Under the pieces are notes generated by a model. That model was not told where the DNA came from, made no database searches, and saw nothing but the letters and a program-made list of their open reading frames with translations. A program made the position numbers and the translations under genes. This document shows, one piece after another, positions 27,760 through 37,534 of a DNA stretch of 64,000 nt. Source of the stretch: an uncultured delta proteobacterium (lineage in GTDB: Bacteria > Desulfobacterota > BSN033 > UBA1163); contig CAWHBU010000002.1 of NCBI GenBank assembly GCA_963827685.1, positions 1 through 64,000 on the forward strand. Reading direction: 5' to 3'. Position 1 is the stretch's first letter. Each line of letters begins with the position of its first letter.

Positions 27760-28160
27760 TTTATTCTTGACTTTGCCTATATTTCGCAAAAGTTTCCTTC
27801 TGACCCCAGGCTTTTTCTCCATGAAAACGAAGAAATATCTAAACCGCCACCCTGCGGATTCCTGATTGGAATATACATATTTTGTGAGAATTGGTCAACC
27901 GAAACTTTCAGAAAGAAAGAGTCAAAGAAGTGGGCTGTTTGTTACAGATAGAAAGCAAGCATAACTAAGGCTTCAGATAAACTAAGGCGGGGCCATTTCT
28001 GACCCTGCCTCGTGGAATCGTTCTTTGTTACACGAGACTCCTAATTCACGTCAGCCATACGGAAATTTGATGCCATCCTATACTGTATGAAAGAGTTTCC
28101 GTACTTACGCCCTCTGTTCAACAAAAATATCTCCCAAAAGCAATTTGCGGGTTCCGTAAA

Positions 28161-29234
28161 TCAGGATCGCGACTGAGGGGTGCGACGCTCGGTTTCGATC
28201 TTCAAAAGGGTCTCACCAAAGTCCTTGGGGGGAGCTTCCATTCCCGGCCTGGCCATTAATGAGATCGCTTGCTCCGGACAAGTGGTGACACATAATCCAC
28301 AGCCGATGCATTTCTCATCTCTGATCTCGGAGCGTCCATCCCCTTGCTTGATTGCGTCCACTTGACACCGCTCGATGCAGAGACCGCAGTCCAAACACAA
28401 ATCCGGGTCGATTTTGGCCTGGTAATATGATGAAACTACATATTTAGACTTTGGGAGTAGTTTGGCCGCCTTAAGGACGGGGCAACAGCAGGAACAGCAA
28501 CAGCAGATGGATTCCAACTCCTGGGCATTGGTTGGGGAGAGCACCAGGCCGGACTCCTCCGCTAAGTCCAGGATCTTCATGGCTTCATCTGTGGTGATTA
28601 ACCTCCCCAGCTTATTGTCGATATAGAACCGGCCAAACTTCCCGAACCCAAGGCAGGTCTCTTTCGGACGATTGCACTCCTTCCCTAAGAGCTTTTGCTC
28701 TTTACGGCAGATGCATTCCGCCACCGAAATCAAATCCTGCTGTCTGACCAGTTCTCTGATCTTGTTGTAGGGGGCCACACCGGGAAGGGCCTTGACCGCT
28801 GACTCAACCGGAATGACCCGGAGCTGCTTTGTCTTTACGGAAGCTAATGACATACCGAAATAGGGCAAGTACTCCTCAAACATTTGGGAGAATTCGCTGT
28901 CCAGGCTTTTCAGTTGGAACTCATAGATCCCGATCATAAATTGTGAAGCCTTATATTGCACTTGGTCTCCTTGGCGGACTCTGTAAATAAGCCCTTTTTG
29001 AGCCATGTCCTCAAACTTAGAGACCAGTTCGGATTCCCCCCTTCCCATACGAGCCGCGATCTGTGAGAGTTCTTCCGGTTCGTTCCGAAGATTCATGGTC
29101 AGTTCAGCTTCTTCAGGAGTAAAGAGCTTCTTGAGAATCCTTAGTTCAACTCCGGTGGGCGTCGTCGGAAAACCTGTCGGCAAGGTATCCAGAAAACCTC
29201 TAAGCCTTTCGTAAATATCATTGCCCATTTCCAT
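28161..29234 (-). CDS. 4Fe-4S dicluster-binding protein
   Basis: GFPTTPTGVELRILKKLFTPEEA, ECICR, ICCCCSCCC, CLDCGLCIERC, CIGCGLCVTTC. Confidence 0.85.
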   Translation of the reverse strand: MEMGNDIYERLRGFLDTLPTGFPTTPTGVELRILKKLFTPEEAELTMNLRNEPEELSQIAARMGRGESELVSKFEDMAQKGLIYRVRQGDQVQYKASQFMIGIYEFQLKSLDSEFSQMFEEYLPYFGMSLASVKTKQLRVIPVESAVKALPGVAPYNKIRELVRQQDLISVAECICRKEQKLLGKECNRPKETCLGFGKFGRFYIDNKLGRLITTDEAMKILDLAEESGLVLSPTNAQELESICCCCSCCCPVLKAAKLLPKSKYVVSSYYQAKIDPDLCLDCGLCIERCQVDAIKQGDGRSEIRDEKCIGCGLCVTTCPEQAISLMARPGMEAPPKDFGETLLKIETERRTPQSRS

Positions 29235-29492
29235 CCTCCTTCAGGTTTATTGCGGATTATCTAATAAAAGTTTCTCTCCATTTCTTAATTAGATTTCCCA
29301 AAATGGGTAATTCCGGAAGCCATTCGGCCAAATGAGGACGTGGAGGAGAGATGAAACAGGGCCACATCTTCAGATGTCATGAATTTGTCTGATGCTCTTT
29401 TCCGTGTCTCCCCGTGTTCGGGCACTTCCTGGTTCAGAGAATATACTTCTCAGATTTCTATGTCAAACATAAGTTTCAATGTCATATGTTGA

Positions 29493-31113
29493 CGGGCTGT
29501 TGCCCAAATGATACTTGCAACGATTATACATTCGAGCTATAAGCATGGCAGCACAAATCTGGAATGGAGATATTGCCATGATGGGACAACAGACAGGAAT
29601 TCAGCCGAAGATCTTCTATCATCATATGAACCTGGAACAAAGGATTCCCCGGACACACCTTCTGAGAAGGATTCAAGAGCAGATTGACTTTAACTTCATC
29701 TATGCAGAGGTCAGAGACACCTATGGGGGCAACGGGAATGTGTCCATTCCCCCTCCTGTAATCCTGAAGATGATGTTGCTGTTAGTTCTTTACAATGTTC
29801 GATCGGAACGAGAGTTGATGGAAACGATCCCCATGCGTTTAGACTGGCTATGGTTTTTAGGGTACGACATAGACAGCGAGGTGCCGGATCACAGTGTATT
29901 GAGTAAAGCCAGGGCGCGGTGGGGAGTAGAGGCGTTTAGGGGATTTTTTGAGCGAATGGTGTGGCAATGTGTGGAGGCGGGGTTAGTGGACGGCAGAAAG
30001 ATCTTTGTGGATTCGAGCTTGGTGGATGCGGATGCATCGAACAACTCCGTGATCGACACGCGATCGTTGAAGGTTCAACTCCAGGAGGGCTACAAGAAGC
30101 TGGAAGCGCGATTGGAGGAAAAGAGCGAGAGCACGGATTCTTCGAGGAGATACGTCAAAGAGAACAGCCGATACATTTCAACGACCGATCCGGATGCATC
30201 GATTGTGAATCGTGGCAAGCCCAAACTCTCCTATCAGGTTCATCGGGCAGTGGATGAGCGGAGTGAAGTGATCACGGCGATCGAAACGACAACAGGAGAT
30301 GTCAATGAAGCGCATGAGATGATTCCTCTGATAGAGAGCCACCATTTAAATACAGGGGTCAAGGCGGATACGGTGGTGGCCGACAGCAAATACGGGACGA
30401 TCGAGAACTTTTTGGCGTGTCATGATAGAGGGGTAGAGGCCCACATGCCGGACTTGAGGGAAATTTCATTGAAGCGTACAGAAAAGCAGAATATCTTTGG
30501 GGAAGAGCGGTTTGAGTATGATCGGGAGAGTGACACCTATCTTTGTCCAGCTGGGCATCGGTTGAAGCCTAGATCATTACATATGAGTCGGCAAAGTAGA
30601 GATTACGCTGCACCCAAGAAGATTTGTGCAGCATGTGACTTAAGAGAGCAGTGTACCAAGAACAAGTCGGGTCGGACAATTAAGCGACATCTGAGGCAGG
30701 AAGATCTAGACAGGATGCGAGAGGCGAGTCGATCGGCCAAAGCGAAGCGGGATATCAAAGTGAGGCAGCATTTGATGGAGCGTTCCTATGCCAGAGGGAC
30801 GCGGTATGGATATGACCGGGCACGATGGAGAGGGCTTTGGCGGGTGCAGATACAGGAATACCTGATCTCTGCTGTCCAGAACATTGAGGTTTTGCTGAGG
30901 TATGGATCTTACCTAAAGAGAAGTCCATCGGTAATGATGGAGCAGATCAAAGGGGCTGTGACAAGGGAGATAAGGTCTTTTTCAGATTTTAAGGAGCTGA
31001 TGAGCTTTAAAATTGGCCAAATGGTGCTATTTGGTTCTATTTACCCCCGGCTATCATTCATCGAAACTTAAATTTTCAGATATTTTTGAATTGGGCTTTT
31101 GAGCAACAGGCCG
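29493..31113 (+). mobile_element. IS1182-family element type B, copy 2
   Basis: Type B IRs; TSD TTGA; adjacent gacctgccccc. Confidence 0.92.
29578..31071 (+). CDS. IS1182-family transposase (type B)
   Basis: Same protein as 26181-27674. Confidence 0.92.
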   Translation: MMGQQTGIQPKIFYHHMNLEQRIPRTHLLRRIQEQIDFNFIYAEVRDTYGGNGNVSIPPPVILKMMLLLVLYNVRSERELMETIPMRLDWLWFLGYDIDSEVPDHSVLSKARARWGVEAFRGFFERMVWQCVEAGLVDGRKIFVDSSLVDADASNNSVIDTRSLKVQLQEGYKKLEARLEEKSESTDSSRRYVKENSRYISTTDPDASIVNRGKPKLSYQVHRAVDERSEVITAIETTTGDVNEAHEMIPLIESHHLNTGVKADTVVADSKYGTIENFLACHDRGVEAHMPDLREISLKRTEKQNIFGEERFEYDRESDTYLCPAGHRLKPRSLHMSRQSRDYAAPKKICAACDLREQCTKNKSGRTIKRHLRQEDLDRMREASRSAKAKRDIKVRQHLMERSYARGTRYGYDRARWRGLWRVQIQEYLISAVQNIEVLLRYGSYLKRSPSVMMEQIKGAVTREIRSFSDFKELMSFKIGQMVLFGSIYPRLSFIET

Positions 31114-31245
31114 TTGAGACCTGCCCCCTATGTCTTCCCCCGGGATAGAAGGAATCAGGTCATCGTCGTCGTGTCATTGCGAGGCGTATAATGCCGTGGC
31201 AATCTCGGTGGTTCGAGTTGTAGGGGCAGACCTTCAGGCCTGCGT
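31114..31245. repeat. Cluster of three REP-like motifs
   Basis: ttgagacctgccccc (GGGG-type); tgtcattgcgaggcgtataatgccgtggcaatc (TGTC-type); gtaggggcagaccttcaggcctgc (GTAG-type). Confidence 0.55.
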
Positions 31246-31290
31246 ACTTTGGACTGCGCCCGAAGAACATTATCGATGACGAAAAGTCGG

Positions 31291-32223
31291 TTATGGCGCC
31301 GGTCTGTCGATGAATCCGGCGTATTCCAGTATCCTGCGTATTGCCGTGTTTAAAACCATTAGTTGCATTTCCATGCCCATACCCATAAAGTCGAATTCGT
31401 TCCTCGACAGGATTTCGGCAGCAGCTTTTTGAACTGTCTCGTCCAAATCTCTTGTCTGTTGGTACATCTCGATAATGCGGTTCCGGAATCTTTCCGTTTG
31501 TCTTAGCCCTTCTTGTAATAATTGCCCAGCCTGGGCGCCGGTGACAGCGCCATAATGCTCTGAGGCAAATATTTCAACTTCGAGACTAGCCAGTCTTGCC
31601 ATTGATTGTTTAAACAGGCCGAAGTGATACTGCGGTCCGGGGAAAAATACTGTATTTTCGTCGTCCGTTGGTGGTGGTGCCGCATCCGCTGGAAACAGAA
31701 CTTTCAACTTAGGGACATACGCGGCAATGGAACACTGGGTATGCCCTGGCACTTCCAGGAAGTGCACGTCTATGCCGTCTCCAAGGTCTATGATGTCTTT
31801 TTCCGTGATGATGCGGTCAACATGGATTCCGTCGAACTTCAAATCTAAGCTCTCATATTCACTTTGCAGTCCCAGCCTGGCAATCGCATACTGATTGGTA
31901 ACAGCGATGAAATTAACCGCCTTCTCCCTGGCAAAGATCCTTTCAGCGTGCGCCGAGGCTAGTATCTGGATATGTGGGAATTTCTTTTTCAAATAAGGCA
32001 CAGCCCCGCAGTGGTCGAAGTGGGAGTGGGAGACCACCAGGTACTTAAGCTTTTTGGGCTCGAAATCAATTTTTGATAACTGTATTTCTAGAGACGGTGC
32101 TATCCAGCTCATTCCACCGCCGATAATCATCATGTCTCTGCCCCGGAGCAGGTACAGGCAATTTTCCCTTGCGCCTAAAAAATCTAACCGGTCGCTGACT
32201 TTTCCCGGCTCTCTAATCCACAT
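31291..32223 (-). CDS. MBL-fold metallo-hydrolase
   Basis: SHSHFDHCG (HxHxDH), PGHT, ADA, EHYG. Confidence 0.88.
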   Translation of the reverse strand: MWIREPGKVSDRLDFLGARENCLYLLRGRDMMIIGGGMSWIAPSLEIQLSKIDFEPKKLKYLVVSHSHFDHCGAVPYLKKKFPHIQILASAHAERIFAREKAVNFIAVTNQYAIARLGLQSEYESLDLKFDGIHVDRIITEKDIIDLGDGIDVHFLEVPGHTQCSIAAYVPKLKVLFPADAAPPPTDDENTVFFPGPQYHFGLFKQSMARLASLEVEIFASEHYGAVTGAQAGQLLQEGLRQTERFRNRIIEMYQQTRDLDETVQKAAAEILSRNEFDFMGMGMEMQLMVLNTAIRRILEYAGFIDRPAP

Positions 32224-32346
32224 GTCAGCTCCTCGTTGTTTCCTAAAGATATCTTGGGGAGGGTTCTTGTAATCTGGTTCAATAACAATTAATACAAACG
32301 TCCTAAATAAAGTGACATAACAGTTTATTTATGTTAATATGTGGGC

Positions 32347-32862
32347 ATGAAAAATCCCACATTAATCTTAGAGCATAAAGAGGCCAATAAAGAGCATTTA
32401 TTAGCATTAGCCGAACAAATATCAGGGGCTTGGATAGGCATAAAGATAGCCGCCTTACTCCTGGTGCTTGAAGGGCAACGTCCGGGATGGATAACCGAGG
32501 TGTTAGGGTTGACCCGGATGAGTTTAAGCCGATGGATTCACGGGGTGAACAAAGACGGCTTAGAGTTCTTAAAATCCAAGCCAAGATCGGGAAGGCCTCC
32601 ACGGTTAGAGACAAAGATTCAAAGGGTGCTGGAGGGACACTTAGAGAAGTCTCCGCGGGAATTTGGTTTAAACCGGACTCAATGGGATGGGCCAACGGTT
32701 GCGATTCATCTGAAACGGTCTTTCGGGATAAACCTGAAGGTGCGGCAAGCCCAACGCTGGATGCATCATTTGGGTTATCGGTTAAAGAGAGCGAGTTATT
32801 CTTATCTTCAAGCACAAAGCCAAGAAGCCCGAAAGTTCCAGCGGGCTTTAAAAAAAACTTGA
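32347..32862 (+). CDS. IS630 transposase OrfA (HTH)
   Basis: KPRSGRPPRL, SPREFGL...W, ends KKT over the A8 run. Confidence 0.85.
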   Translation: MKNPTLILEHKEANKEHLLALAEQISGAWIGIKIAALLLVLEGQRPGWITEVLGLTRMSLSRWIHGVNKDGLEFLKSKPRSGRPPRLETKIQRVLEGHLEKSPREFGLNRTQWDGPTVAIHLKRSFGINLKVRQAQRWMHHLGYRLKRASYSYLQAQSQEARKFQRALKKT

Positions 32863-33385
32863 GTCCCTGGGGCCAAAAGAGACAATTGTATTCCAGGATG
32901 AGACAGGCTTTACGATGCACCCCAGGCTTAGCCGGGGCTGGGCGAAAAAAGGAAAGCGTCTTAAGATTCCCACGACCAGCCAGCATCGTATCCGTTTGAA
33001 TATCTCTGGGTGGGTCAATCCTTTGCTTGGACGCTATGGCATGATTCAGACAAAACGGGGGGATAGAGAAGGGTTTCTCAAACTTTTGCGCCACCTCTAT
33101 GGAAGGCTTAAAGGATATACCATTTGGCTTTATGTCGACAGGGCCCGCTGGCACAGAGGCGATCCCATCGAACAATTTCTTAAAAAACATCCGAGGCTCC
33201 ATATCGAATATTTACCCCCGTATCAACCGGGATTAAACGTGCAAGAACGGATTTGGCGCAGTGTTCGCTATGAATCCACCACCAACCGTTGGTTTGAAAA
33301 CCTTGATAATCTTTGGTCTGTCGTTTGTAAAACAACTCGCTCATGGTCTTGTCAAAAGATTCGTAGGCTATGTAACATTACTTAA
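32855..33385 (+). CDS. IS630 transposase OrfB (DDE_3), reached by frameshift; start approximate
   Basis: FQDETGF upstream of MHP, YVDRARWH, YLPPYQPGLNVQERIW. Confidence 0.85.
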   Translation, partial: KLESLGPKETIVFQDETGFTMHPRLSRGWAKKGKRLKIPTTSQHRIRLNISGWVNPLLGRYGMIQTKRGDREGFLKLLRHLYGRLKGYTIWLYVDRARWHRGDPIEQFLKKHPRLHIEYLPPYQPGLNVQERIWRSVRYESTTNRWFENLDNLWSVVCKTTRSWSCQKIRRLCNIT

Positions 33386-33396
33386 TGCGTTTGTAT

Positions 33397-33612
33397 TAGA
33401 TACAAACTATTTTATTGGTCTCTCCATTTTTGTCCTGTGTCAAGGGCAAACCCCATGTTTTTATTGCCAAGCTTTTTTTCCATGGAAACGAAAAAGTATC
33501 TGCACCGCCACCCCGTGGATTCTTGATTGGAATATATCTATTTTATGAAAATTGGTCAACCGAAACTTTCAGAAAGAAAGAGTCAAAAAAGTGGGCCGTT
33601 TGTTCCACCTAC
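33397..33612 (-). repeat. Dispersed repeat copy 5 (variant B); IS630 inserted at its left edge
   Basis: tagatacaaactattttattggtctc...tgtcaagggcaaacccc...core...ccacctac. Confidence 0.88.
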
Positions 33613-33878
33613 AAATCTTGCTCTGGAACGATTCTGGGATTCAACGATTACGGGTGGAAATCAGGAACTCCAAATGAATAGTTGAGAATCATACCGAAAC
33701 ATTTTCGATGGTATGAAAACAGAAGATCTATAGCAGAAATACGCGCTTGCGGCCGAACCTTCTTGTTAAGTCAAGCCGCCCCTAACTGTGCTGAACGAAA
33801 TTTGACTGGGTAGAAAGTGAGTAACGATGTTGGCTGAAGACTTCACGGGTTCCATTTGCCGAGGAGCGCCAGCGGCGG

Positions 33879-34718
33879 TTATTTGGCCATTGCCGCGGCT
33901 TCCGCAGCGCAATCGCGCAGAGGTTTGAGCCCTTTGGCGCGAACGGCCGCGAGTTCGGCCTTGGCGGCCTCCAGATCAGCACGGAATGTGGGATCGGCAT
34001 GCAGTCGAGCGACAGTGCCTGCTCCCATGAAACGCCCCTCAATCACGTCGCTCTGCCAATGTACGTTGCATATCACACGGTTCTCTCCGAAAGCCCGGCC
34101 CCGTGCGAGGATCACATTGGTCTGCTCCGGGGCAATCTCACTCAGGATGAGCGCCCAGGCCCAGCCGACAGCGGCATGCCCGGAAGGATACGAGCCATTC
34201 TTTATCAAGAGTTTTTCCTCATCCGGTGTGCAGGTGGGTTCCTTGTTCACGACGAACGGACGAGTACGACTGTAATGATTCTTGGCCGTGTAGGTGGAAA
34301 GGCCAGCGTCAGTAAGAGTTCGACGGAGTAGCATGTAGAGATGCGGCACGTCCTGTTCCGTGATCGGGGCGTTCAATGCACAGGAGAACGTACCGGCCGC
34401 CCGTGGAAACATCAGGTTCGCGTCCTCCGTCGCCAGCGTCCAGCGCGGCGTACCGCGCAAAGCCAGACCCTTTCGGCTGACCTCCTCGTCGTATGCCAGA
34501 GCGGCCGAGCCTGCGGCGGGAGGAGGGGGAATCAGGGCAAGGCTATTAGGGAGCGCTTTGGGCGGTAGATAGCCAGCCAGAATGCCCGGACGAATCTCAG
34601 GCACGGCAGCCGGCTGACTTAGCCTGCCGGAACTCGCACAACCCGTGGTGAGAGCAAGGCACGCCAGCACAGCAACCAATGCAAACAAGATAGAACAGTT
34701 TTTCATGATACATCTCAT
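33879..34718 (-). CDS. Class A non-specific acid phosphatase (PAP2, PhoC/PhoN-like), lipoprotein
   Basis: KNHYSRTRP, SYPSGH, RVICNVHWQSD motifs; lipobox-like LTTGC. Confidence 0.9.
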   Translation of the reverse strand: MRCIMKNCSILFALVAVLACLALTTGCASSGRLSQPAAVPEIRPGILAGYLPPKALPNSLALIPPPPAAGSAALAYDEEVSRKGLALRGTPRWTLATEDANLMFPRAAGTFSCALNAPITEQDVPHLYMLLRRTLTDAGLSTYTAKNHYSRTRPFVVNKEPTCTPDEEKLLIKNGSYPSGHAAVGWAWALILSEIAPEQTNVILARGRAFGENRVICNVHWQSDVIEGRFMGAGTVARLHADPTFRADLEAAKAELAAVRAKGLKPLRDCAAEAAAMAK

Positions 34719-34859
34719 TTTCTTTCTCCTTTCTTTGCTCTTCCTTTCAAATGAATTCAAAGACTTTCGGCGTGCTTGCCTAATAATTGGTTCCAAAAAA
34801 CTGTCATTTCTTTCTTGGTTTGAGCAAAATATGCCTCGTGCTTTGGGGTCAAATCTTTA

Positions 34860-36480
34860 CGGGCTGTTGCCCAAATGATACTTGCAACGATTATACATTC
34901 GAGCTATAAGCATGGCAAGACAAATCTGGAATGGAGATATTGCCATGATGGGACAACAGACAGGAATTCAGCCGAAGATCTTCTATCATCATATGAACCT
35001 GGAACAAAGGATTCCCCGGACACACCTTCTGAGAAGGATTCAAGAGCAGATTGACTTTAACTTCATCTATGCAGAGGTCAGAGACACCTATGGGGGCAAC
35101 GGGAATGTGTCCATTCCCCCTCCTGTAATCCTGAAGATGATGTTGCTGTTAGTTCTTTACAATGTTCGATCGGAACGAGAGTTAATGGAAACGATCCCCA
35201 TGCGTTTAGACTGGCTATGGTTTTTAGGGTACGACATAGACAGTGAGGTGCCGGATCACAGTGTTTTGAGTAAAGCCAGGGCGCGGTGGGGAGTGGAAGC
35301 GTTTAGGGGGTTCTTTGAGCGAATGGTGTGGCAATGTGTGGAGGCGGGGTTAGTGGACGGCAGAAAGATCTTTGTGGATTCGAGCCTGGTGGATGCGGAT
35401 GCATCGAACAACTCCGTGATCGACACGCGATCGTTGAAGGTTCAACTCCAGGAGGGCTACAAGAAGCTGGAAGCACGATTAGAGGAAAAGAGCGAGAGCA
35501 CGGATTCCTCCAGGAGATACGTTAAAGAGAACAGCCGATACATTTCAACGACCGATCCGGATGCATCGATAGTGAATCGTGGCAAGCCCAAACTCTCCTA
35601 TCAGGTACATCGGGCCGTGGATGAGCGGAGTGAAGTGATCACGGCGATCGAGACGACAACAGGAGATGTCAATGAAGCGCATGAGATGATTCCTCTGATA
35701 GAGAGCCACCGTTTAAATACAGGGGTCAAGGCGGATACGGTGGTGGCCGACAGCAAATACGGGACGATCGAGAACTTTTTGGCCTGTCATGATAGAGGAG
35801 TAGAGGCCCACATGCCGGACTTGAGGGAAATTTCATTGAAGCGTACAGAAAAGCAGAATATCTTTGGGGAAGAGCGGTTTGAGTATGATCGGGAGAGTGA
35901 CACCTATCGTTGTCCGGCTGGGCATCGGTTGAAGCCTAGATCATTACATATGAGTCGGCAAAGTAGAGATTACGCTGCACCCAAGAAGATTTGTGCAGCA
36001 TGTGACTTAAGAGAGCAGTGTACTAGAAACAGATCAGGTCGGACAATTAAGCGACATCTGAGGCAGGAAGATCTAGACAGGATGCGAGAAGCGAGTCGAT
36101 CGGCCAAAGCGAAGCGGGATATCAAAGTGAGGCAGCATTTGATGGAGCGTTCCTATGCCAGAGGGACGCGGTATGGATATGACCGGGCACGATGGAGAGG
36201 GCTTTGGCGGGTGCAGATACAGGAATACCTGATCTCTGCTGTCCAGAACATTGAGGTTTTGCTTAGGTACGGATCTTACCTAAAGAGAAGTCCATCGGTG
36301 ATGATGGAGCAGATCAAAGGGGCTGTGACAAGGGAGATAAGGTCCTTTTCAGATTTTAAGGAGCTAATGAACTCAAAAATTGGCCGAATGGTGCTATTTG
36401 GTTTTACTTACCCTCGGCTATCATTCATGGAAACTCAAACTGTCAGATATTTTTGAATTGGGCTTTTGAGCAACAGCCCG
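34860..36480 (+). mobile_element. IS1182-family element type B, copy 3
   Basis: Type B IRs; TSD TTTA. Confidence 0.92.
34945..36456 (+). CDS. IS1182-family transposase (type B variant)
   Basis: Near-identical to the other type B copies; several substitutions and a 6-aa longer C-terminus. Confidence 0.92.
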   Translation: MMGQQTGIQPKIFYHHMNLEQRIPRTHLLRRIQEQIDFNFIYAEVRDTYGGNGNVSIPPPVILKMMLLLVLYNVRSERELMETIPMRLDWLWFLGYDIDSEVPDHSVLSKARARWGVEAFRGFFERMVWQCVEAGLVDGRKIFVDSSLVDADASNNSVIDTRSLKVQLQEGYKKLEARLEEKSESTDSSRRYVKENSRYISTTDPDASIVNRGKPKLSYQVHRAVDERSEVITAIETTTGDVNEAHEMIPLIESHRLNTGVKADTVVADSKYGTIENFLACHDRGVEAHMPDLREISLKRTEKQNIFGEERFEYDRESDTYRCPAGHRLKPRSLHMSRQSRDYAAPKKICAACDLREQCTRNRSGRTIKRHLRQEDLDRMREASRSAKAKRDIKVRQHLMERSYARGTRYGYDRARWRGLWRVQIQEYLISAVQNIEVLLRYGSYLKRSPSVMMEQIKGAVTREIRSFSDFKELMNSKIGRMVLFGFTYPRLSFMETQTVRYF

Positions 36481-36571
36481 TTTATCCTTGACTTTGCCTA
36501 TATTTCATGAAAGTTTCCTTCTGCCCCCAGGCTTTTCCCCTCGATTGTCGCCCACACCTTTTCTCTTTATT

Positions 36572-37444
36572 TTAAAAATTATAAATAATGGGAGCATTTA
36601 AAGATACTTGATGAATACTACAATAAGGGTGGCATTTAGCTAAAAAGAGAAAAGAAACCTTTCCTTTCAGCCCTTCCTCCTCGGTCAACGAGTCATAGTT
36701 TCCTCCTCCTTTTGAAATAACCAAGTCCGATACCTCTATCTGCCCCTTCAACTCCTGACTGATCTTTTTCAGAAAGGTGCCAGGTAAAGGCTCATGCATT
36801 CCATTTTCCATAATTTGAGCCACTTTCCCAATGCCCACTGACATAGCATCTTGTATGGTAGCGTCATTCATTATAGGGAGGGTTCTAGTGACAAAAATTA
36901 TCTTTAAATTATACATCTCACGAAGGACCTCGATCAAAAGCTTGTCAAAAACAATCTCACCACAATTATCACCGAGGTATACAAGCCTCCGGGTCTTTTT
37001 TAGCCTCCCCTTTAAACGATTCAAATTTCCTACATCGATGTCAAACTTGCCAAACCTATTGAGTTTTTCGGGTGTTCCCCCTCCTATATCCATCATCGCG
37101 TCTATTGAGTTGCCTGCTATGGTCAATTTAATGGCTTCAAGAAATGGATCACGGCTTTTCAAAACCAACTCTTTCGCAGCAGGATAAATCTCCAATGCCT
37201 TGTTATTCTGTTCCTTCTTTATTCCTTTCATAGGGTCTACTTCTCCTGAAATCTCAAGGATCTTGAACCAGACGTTCTTGATTACCTCGGGTGATGTCAC
37301 CCTCCAGTCTTCTCCTCTAAAATAGTTTAACTTTAATATTTGTTTCATAAATCTTCTAACCTGATTTTCGTCTTTCATTACCAAGTGGGCGATTCCCAAA
37401 GACATCTTTAAAATACAGGGAATACAATCAGGCCATATTTTCAT
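36572..37444 (-). CDS. ARMT1-like/DUF89 damage-control phosphatase
   Basis: DCIPC, AGNSID, YLGDNCGEIVFD, NDAT, ISKGGGNYDSL, AKC. Confidence 0.88.
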   Translation of the reverse strand: MKIWPDCIPCILKMSLGIAHLVMKDENQVRRFMKQILKLNYFRGEDWRVTSPEVIKNVWFKILEISGEVDPMKGIKKEQNNKALEIYPAAKELVLKSRDPFLEAIKLTIAGNSIDAMMDIGGGTPEKLNRFGKFDIDVGNLNRLKGRLKKTRRLVYLGDNCGEIVFDKLLIEVLREMYNLKIIFVTRTLPIMNDATIQDAMSVGIGKVAQIMENGMHEPLPGTFLKKISQELKGQIEVSDLVISKGGGNYDSLTEEEGLKGKVSFLFLAKCHPYCSIHQVSLNAPIIYNF

Positions 37445-37534
37445 GAATACCTTTCCCCATTCTTTAAAAGGAATAAGATTCTAAGTAATTTGTGTTGTTA
37501 AAAGGATGAATGGGTTGCTGGGGTCGAATCTTTA

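Larger units (their letters stand above)
26124..27946 (-). repeat. Dispersed repeat copy 4, split by IS1182-B
   Basis: ggggtcgaatcttta|IS|tttattcttgactttgcc...gtttgttaca. Confidence 0.88.
32292..33396 (+). mobile_element. IS630-family element
   Basis: TA duplication (32290-91 and 33397-98); IRs begin ATACAAACG; two ORFs joined at an A8 run (32850-32857). Confidence 0.88.
34845..36539 (-). repeat. Dispersed repeat copy 6 (left module only), split by IS1182-B
   Basis: ggggtcaaatcttta|IS|tttatccttgactttgcc...ctgcccccaggcttttccc, then truncated. Confidence 0.82.

Noticed and set aside
27893-27935. c-di-GMP-I riboswitch in the repeat core (gaaactttcagaaagaaagagtcaaag)
   Set aside because: Has a GAAA-like loop but lacks the GGCAAA and GACGCAAAG elements and a P3 stem.
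26139-31113. Composite transposon or inversion between the inverted IS1182-B copies around the 4Fe-4S gene
   Set aside because: Each copy keeps its own matching TSD (TTTA, TTGA), indicating independent insertions.
32303-33202. 299-aa antisense ORF over IS630, and other antisense ORFs over the ISs and ABC genes
   Set aside because: Shadow frames of well-supported genes, with no recognisable motifs.
27673-33681. Short ORFs over the repeat (27673-27951, 33415-33681) sharing ENWSTETFRKKESKKWAV
   Set aside because: Other copies have frame-breaking indels and no common start or RBS; the similarity only reflects the DNA repeat.
33778-33835. attC-like CCCTAAC...GTTGGC downstream of the acid phosphatase
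   Set aside because: The internal sequence is not self-complementary.
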